A stretch of 64,000 bases of DNA from Octopus vulgaris (lineage: Eukaryota), in assembly GCA_951406725.2 (NCBI GenBank), contig OX597825.1:6386001-6450000 (forward strand), given 5' to 3'. Below are positions 56,621-64,000 of this stretch, piece by piece. Position 1 is the stretch's first letter; every line of letters starts with the position of its first letter. The position numbers were made by a program, and so were the translations under genes. Under the pieces are notes generated by a model, which ran no database searches, had not been told where the DNA came from, and saw only the letters and a program-made list of their open reading frames with translations.

Positions 56621-58294
56621 TGATAAACACACTCAACCACTATTTTCTAACTTCTCTTTCTTGAGTTCTTTACTCTCTCTCTCTTTCACTTTCACTTCCT
56701 CTTGTGCAGCACCAAAATGAGATGGAAAGTTATAATGTTGATATGGAAGAATTCCAAAGTGTCTACTCCGTGGCTGATTATGTTCTGGGGGAAAAGGACA
56801 CCTCGCCAACCTCACTTAAGATACAAAGACTCCCGTATACTGAATAAGGACAATGATAATATTTTTGTGGAGAGTTAGCAAAATATGCTATAGAAGGACA
56901 TCAGGGAGGAAATATAGTCAATGCGTCTAAGAATTTCAAAGAGAATCGTATAATTGAGATGAGATTCAAAGAAAGAAAACCTCGTTGTTTAGCAGTAAAC
57001 TTTACTAATGTCCAGTTTGTAACCAGCTCCGTCTTTCTTCGGCTCTTCTTGTTGGTCATTCGGAAGCAAGCTAACAGCACATCATCGCATATATATATAT
57101 ATATATATGTCTGCTAATCACGTAATAAACCTTATCTTTATATTGGTGACGTGAAGAGACTTATGTCTGTTCAAATTCCATTTGTCATGATTCGGTTTTG
57201 TATTTATTGGAGTAATTACATTTACGTAATATTTGGAGTGAACCCTACAAACCCTCATCTGGATTATAAAATCATTCTCTACTTGTAATTCATTAACAAG
57301 CTATGGCCATGCTCATTATAGTTCCGACACACACACACACACACACACAAACACCCGTTTGAATACGTCCGTGTGTGCGTATGCTTGTGTAATCCTACCT
57401 AATAAGAAACCCTCGTAGAAATGCATATTTCGTCAATATTATTATTTCCTCTGTTAATGCATCGGCAAAAGCATTGACATCTTGTTGAATTTACTTGACC
57501 ATTCGTTCTCTTCCTGGCTTCAACTTGCGTGACTTTATGCTTCTGATTGAAAAGGTGTGGACTTGACAAGACTTAAGCATGTTTGAAACATTCTTCTAGT
57601 TCGCTCCTCGAAAATGAAGAACGCCGCGATAATCTTTGGAATTTCTGTCTCAAACTTAACATTCCTTTGTGCCAAACAATTAATTATATGTCTTGATAAA
57701 CGTGTTCTGCTCCGATAAATACTGATTTACTTTAACTCAGCACAACGCTAATTTGAAGGAAAGTGTCGTATTGTTATAACACTGCTTACTACTTTAAATG
57801 TTGAGTAATCATTCACTATGTGTAAGCCTTGTTCTATACATTCATACACACACACACATACATACATACATACATACATACATACATACATACATACATA
57901 CATACATACATTATATACACATATGCATACATGCATGTATACAGACTGACACACACACATTCACATACACACACGCAGCTATATCTACATGGATGCATGC
58001 ATCTATATGTATACGTGTGTATGGTGTGCCTGTTATGTCATATAAGTAGACAACTTTTGTGAGAATTCAACTTAGATGAAGAGTTAAATAGTTACATATT
58101 TGAATATAACAATTGCTCAAATACAGAGAATCACTGTTGTTAAATTAGAACCAAACCGCAAGTCTTAAGATCCTTGTGGATGTGAAGGTTAACCTTTAGA
58201 CATGGTGAATGCAATATGTTTTCTTCGGACCTACTCAGTGTCCGCTTCTTACATGAAATCTATGGTATACCTGTACATAGATAAATGTCATAGT

Positions 58295-58366
<72 letters not shown>

Positions 58367-58375
58367 GTATGTGTA

Positions 58376-58436
<61 letters not shown>

Positions 58437-61400
58437 GTAAACAAAGGTGTGCGTTGCGCTACATGGATGCATTAAAGATTGAACAGACAAAACACAATGA
58501 GAAAAAGATAGACTAAAGCAGAGTAAACGGGAAATTAAACGAAAATTTAACGGACGGGAAATATAGACAAAGACACGATACACAGAATATTCGCCGCTGA
58601 GTTTTCCTCGTTAGTCAAAGAGCCAAAATGTCATAGTGGTTTCGCGCCATTATCATTGAGACCACTCAATCATGGAGGCGCCAGTGCTGTTATTAAGCTA
58701 CTGGGGAAAAGCTAGCGAATGTATTCTGAGACAGAAACAAATAAGACGTTATATAAATACAACAGGCGAAGAATTATGCATTTATACCAGCACGAAGCAT
58801 TACGGCTCTATACAGCACAAGAAAAGATGATAATGATTACAAATATAACAGAAAGAGCATTGAATCTATCGAACAAACTTAGTGGGGTTGCGCAAGGTGA
58901 AATGGAGTAAGTCCTAATGGACGTAGCAGGAACCCAGATCAGCATGACCTGTGTGGTCAAAGGCAGGGCGAGCAAGAACAACACTGCCTTCACTGGATAC
59001 CGGTTACGAGGTAGGGAAGAGGATGTATATATAGAGAGAGAGATGAAAAGAATGGTATACAGAGAGAGAGGGAGAACGAAGGAGCAGAAGGAGTGGAGAA
59101 ACAGAGTGAAAGAGAGAGAAGAGAAAGGTACACACACATACATTCATGCATACATGTCATATAGTGTGTGAATGTATGTTGTACCTGACATACAAAGACA
59201 ACGGCGTATTCTTATAAACTTAGTAATTTTCCAGTTGAGCGTGCTCTATGATTAATGAATTTCAAGACTTTCGCTGTTGTCTATGTACATGAAATAACTG
59301 GAAGCAATCAATTCAAAATGTACCATATAATCAGAAATATAGATACATTTACCCAAGTGTATCCTCTCTGGAGATTTCAATATAGCACACACACACACAC
59401 ACACACTCACAAATTCTTAGGGGTTTATGTACTCATATATTTATGTAAATTTTCATACAAGCTGAGATAGTTTGAATAAAACCTGTGTGTAAGTGCATAT
59501 ATTTGCGTACAATGTAAAATAATCACATTTATCTAAATGTATGTTTTTATACCAACATATTCACACAAAATCATACGGAAAATGAAATACAAAATTACAG
59601 AACTTTCTACACATTACGCTGATGAACGGAAACAGAATTCCCCAGTTTCTGGAATATCTAAAAAGAGAAAGTTCAAACCATCTCAATAGATACGAAACAT
59701 GGTAAAACAAAAATAGATAAAGGTGTCTAAAGAAAGACAAGGAAATAGTTCGTTCTCTGTTATAAGCGAACCAATATCTATAGCCTCACTGCAAAGAAAT
59801 GGTAAATTGAATGAGACAAATTGATTATATCTATACGTAGTATCTGAATACAAGATTTGTTTAAAGATACCAATAATGTCACGAACAATGAAATACTATA
59901 CGGTTTTACAAATAAGAAATATTTAAGACCAGTTCTGATATATCATATTTTATATTGGAAATCTTCAATATTTTTACTTAATATACAAAGAGATAGTCAA
60001 CTAAAGAAGCTGAGGAAAGGTTTGATGGAAAAAAATATCGTGTACATGTATGGTGGTTCAATGATAAAACGGAGAGTTTCTATTGCAAAAGAATAGATGA
60101 ACCGAATGTGTAAATCTGTTTCAATTCCCAAAATTGTATGATCAGTGATGGAGTCCGCTCAACAAGGACATATAGCTTTACGAAGTCATGAACAGCTTCG
60201 ATTCTTGTATTACTTTTCTCTGTAGTTATAAGAGAAGTCAAAATAAATCCTTAGTCGTGCTTATTCAACATAGGAACCCATCAATATTTATTCAATACTA
60301 ATATCTATTCAGCTGTTTTCCTCAAGTAGAATAATGTAGTTCTAATGTAAAGATTTGTTGCCAAAGTAACATCATTTTAGTGGTTATTATGGAAAAGAAA
60401 GTGCAGATGTGTCTTCTTTTGAATTAATATAGAGTTCTCAGTTTTCATGGACCTCAGATGTTCACTGGATCGGCCTTAATTCCAATTTCTAGTCTGGTAA
60501 GCGAATCATCAGCAACACATCTTCAATAGATACGGTGACTTTTTCGTAAGAGGAATCGACCTCAACAATATCAGCAAAGAAAACATTTGTGAATTGCTCA
60601 TATAATTCTGACCGCCATCACATTGTGATATCAGCTTACAGCTGGTTATACTGTTCTGCTAATAGTTGTGCCAATATCGTTCACATGGTAACACAATACC
60701 GTCTTATTTGGAAAAAGCTGCCTTGTTATTCTTTAATTAAAAACAATACCATACATACAGAATGGAGAGGATGAGAATGTGAAGCTTTCATGATTTTATT
60801 TCTCTAATCAACATCATTAAATACAGTTGCAAAATATTGTAAAGAAAATTCTTGGTTGAGATTTCTCCCGCACCGATTTAGATATAGTCCATGTTTAACT
60901 TTAAATCGATTCCCTAATTCCTCTCTTGAAATACTGTGGAACTTCGCCACTTTGCCTTCATCGTTTTATTAGTCCCAGTTGTGAGGCTGCAAGCAAACAG
61001 GGACATTACCATCAGGAGAGATTTATCGACCTTATCAACTCTTGTTTATGTTCGCCTGGTACTTATTTATCGCTGTTTCATCCGGTACTATTTATCGTTG
61101 TTCAACGTGTTTTAAGCACTACAAGTATAAACAAGTGAATATAAACACACACCAACTCAGGCATAGATACTAATACAGAGTGACAAATGTACACAAACAC
61201 ACAAAAGTATATATACACACACATGTACATACAAACACCAATAACGTGCAAAAGAGAAGGAAACAAAAGACAATAACTCATGAACATAAAAAAACCCACA
61301 GAAAATAATACAAAAAACTAAGAAGGTGATGTTGATAGCCTTTCGAGTTGACCAAACATGGATGTGAAAGAAATATAAACAAATGAACAGAAAGATGAAG

Positions 61401-61519
61401 ACAAAAAACAAAACATTGATATAGAACCCTGTTCTTCAGACGTCTACCAATTGCTGTCCTCTTCTGTAAACTTTAGCAGGTTTTGTCTTTTGCATTCGTC
61501 TCTTTGTGCATACGTTTTT

Positions 61520-61644
<125 letters not shown>

Positions 61645-62299
61645 TGTACCCACGGCCGGTTCCTTCGTAGCTTCCATCTACCAAATTCCACTCATACATC
61701 ATTGGTTATTTGCTTAAAAATATCAAATGTTGTGGCTGACAATTTAATTTTATATAATAGTTCTTGTTTGTTATTTAATAATTAACTAATTAATAAATCG
61801 TATAATTTATTTTATGCATCCACTTAACGGTCATAAAATCTCGGTCAATCCACTCATTAGCATTTCCTAATTAAATATTCACTGTTCTGTTTTTACGTCG
61901 ATTTCCTCGCCTCACCCGTCAGACGAATATTTCTGATATAGATTCATAATAAACGGACATCAATTTGATATGAATTTATTTTAATTCATCTTAAAAATTG
62001 TACAGCTACGAATAAAATTTGATAGCGTATAATGAAAGATTACCAAGGTGTAGATGATAAAACGAGACTTGACAATAGAGAAACTATTCGTAGGAAATAT
62101 ATTTATTGCGAGATAAGAAATTTCATTTACGCTGTGCATGAATTGAATTCTTACACAGTATACACAAAAGCTGGTATTTATAAGGTTTTAAAACCTGACT
62201 GTGTAATGTTTGTCTTCCTCAATGTTATAAGTAGCGTAAGAAAAGAAATAAAAGTTAATCCGGATATATTGATAAACTTGCCAATATCTCATCGTAGAA

Positions 62300-62500
62300 C
62301 TATATTTGCGATCACCCATTGAAACCAATGATTCAGGCGATCTTGTCCCACCGTGTTGCGAAGATGAGTTTTTAATCTTATGAGGGTACAATAAGCTTCT
62401 CAGAAGAACAAGACATGGCAGGATTCACGGTAAAATTTTCCCTGCAGTTTGAAGGAAATATTGAATGTTGGGAAGCTAATGTCTCTGTCCAAAAAATTGA
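62300..62500 (-). pseudogene. hAT transposase C-terminal dimerisation domain remnant
   Basis: Minus strand TVNPAMSCSSEK, then after a frameshift CTLIRLKTHLRNTVGQDRLNH; compare PATS..AERSFS.L.R.KT.LR.TM.Q.RL. Confidence 0.7.
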
Positions 62501-62545
62501 CGAGTGCAATTGTTCAAAGTTCCTTTTGGATAAGACTACCTAAAA

Positions 62546-63203
62546 CAGTGGTATTCAACCGGAGTCCATAGTGGAGACATATGGCCTAGTGGTTAGAGCA
62601 GCGAACTCGCAGTCGAGGGATCGCGGGTTCGAATCTCAGACCGGGCGATGTGCGTGTTTATGAGCAAAAGCACCTAAGCTCCACATGGCTCTGGCAGAAG
62701 GTAATGGCGAACTTCTGTTGACTCTTTCGCCACAACTTTCTCTCACTCTTTCCTCCTGCATCTTGCAGCTCACCTGCGACGGACTGGCGTCCCATCCAGG
62801 TGGGGAACCTATACGCCAAAGAAACTAGGAAACCGGCCCTAATGAGCCAGGCGTGGCTCGAGAAGGAACAAACAACTGGAGTCCATATGGCTCCTGAGGG
62901 CCCATGTAAGATATTTGAGAGTCAGCATAACAAAATAGTAAATTGGGGATCTACAAAAGTATTTTAAGGGTCCCTAAAAATATTGCTCTAGATGTATGTA
63001 CTGGTGTGTATTGCAAGTAACAGCGAGGTTTCTTTCTCTGACATTTTGCATCGTTCAGCCTACACAAGTGATAAAGCAAAATAGAAATTTTGAAAGAAGT
63101 TTCTATAAAAATAGTTTTTAAACACCAAATAGCTATGGGGGTCCACCAGAACAGAATAGTAATCAAAGGGAAGTTCATAGATAAAAATGATTGAGAACTC
63201 CTG
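62546..63203. mobile_element. hAT/Charlie-like MITE interrupted by SINE C
   Basis: Termini CAGTGGTATTCAACC and GATTGAGAACTCCTG form an imperfect TIR; both 8-bp flanks have CTA at positions 3-5; a second partial copy lies at the window end. Confidence 0.65.
62571..62872 (+). mobile_element. SINE family C, full length (tRNA head and V-SINE-like domain) with TSD
   Basis: A box TGGCCTAGTGG, B box GGTTCGAATC, V-domain-like CCTGCGACGGACTGGCGTCCCATCCAGG; TSD CAAC(C/T)GGAGTCCATA at 62556-62570 and 62873-62887. Confidence 0.85.
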
Positions 63204-63271
63204 CTCTATGTATTTGATTTCAATCTATTTTCCATCAAAATGTATTTGTTAAAGTAAAAGGTGCGAAGTTC

Positions 63272-63670
63272 AAGGCGGCGAGCTGGCAGAATCGTTAGCA
63301 CGCCGGGCGAAATGCATAGCGGTATTTCGTCTGCCGCTACGTTCTGAGTTCAAATTACGCCGGGGTCGTATTTGCCTTTCAACCTTTCGGGGTCGATTAA
63401 ATAAGTACCAGTTACGCACTAGGGTTGATGTAATCGACTTAATCCGTTTGTCTGTCCTTGTTTGTCCCCTCTGTGTTTAGCCCATTGTGGGTAGTAAAGA
63501 AATAGGTGTTTCGTCTGCCGTTACGTTCTGAGTTCAAACTCTGCCGAGGTCGACTTTGCCTTTCATCCTTTCGGGGTCGATAAATTAAGTACCAATTACG
63601 CACTGGGGTCGATCTAATCGACTGGCCCCCTCCACAAAATGTTCGGGCCTTGTGCCTAGAGTAGAAAAGA
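63272..63670 (+). mobile_element. SINE family A tandem dimer with two different tails
   Basis: Head and unit 1 end in GGTAGTAAAGAAATA; unit 2 starts near 63505 and ends in CCTTGTGCCTAGAGTAGAAAAG. Confidence 0.88.
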
Positions 63671-63772
63671 AAAGACGAGAAGTTCATGGATGGACTTCGT
63701 TTTATCATAAGTCTTCCATTTAAGATCCGATCGAGGGTAAAACAACTATAATGACTTTCTTAAGCCTAAAGT

Positions 63773-63850
63773 CATGTCTAGGTGGGTGGTGCGAGGCTAT
63801 TTAAGCTTAGAATGTCTAGGTGGGTGGTGCGAGGCTATTTAAATTTAGAG
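63773..63850. repeat. About 38-bp tandem duplication
   Basis: ATGTCTAGGTGGGTGGTGCGAGGCTATTTAA occurs twice. Confidence 0.9.
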
Positions 63851-63899
63851 TACCTATCCTGATCAGTGATAGAAAGCCTCGATTATCGTATAGACGAGA

Positions 63900-64000
63900 T
63901 GTTCAAAATAGGAATTTGAAAAGATGTTTCTCTAAAACTTTTTTTAATCACTAAATGGCTATGGGGATCCACCAAAATATAACAGTAATCAAAGGGGTCC
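63900..64000 (+). mobile_element. Partial second copy of the hAT-like MITE, cut by the window end
   Basis: Collinear with about 63075-63175 (GCTATGGGG.TCCACCA.AA...AGTAATCAAAGGG). Confidence 0.65.

Noticed and set aside
58600-60800. Short non-repetitive ORFs
   Set aside because: No recognisable domain or exon structure; lengths are compatible with chance.
61335-61445. Minus-strand CTGAAGA...GAAAGGCT with a long spacer
   Set aside because: Pairing is too weak to separate from chance.
62571-62645. tRNA-like sequence (also at about 34048-34122, minus)
   Set aside because: It has A and B boxes but no proper acceptor stem, and it continues into a SINE body with a TSD, so it is not a tRNA gene.

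Overview
AT-rich eukaryotic, repeat-dense, apparently intergenic or intronic DNA. The SINE families and extreme microsatellite load resemble an octopus (cephalopod) genome; this is from recall, not a search. No intact cellular gene is supported, and nearly all ORFs in the track are microsatellite translations. The window holds many copies of three tRNA-derived SINE families, 3' fragments of CR1/L2-type LINEs, a decayed RTE LINE, decayed Tc1/mariner, pogo and hAT transposase remnants, a non-autonomous Helitron and MITEs. The most notable signal is a recurrent class of short non-coding asymmetric fold-back (inverted-repeat) insertions. Most carry minimal hammerhead-ribozyme motifs (CUGANGA...GAAA with a palindromic stem III), and one has hammerheads on both strands. 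This resembles Penelope-like pseudo-LTR derivatives or retrozyme-like elements. All structures were paired by eye, and coordinates of decayed elements are approximate.
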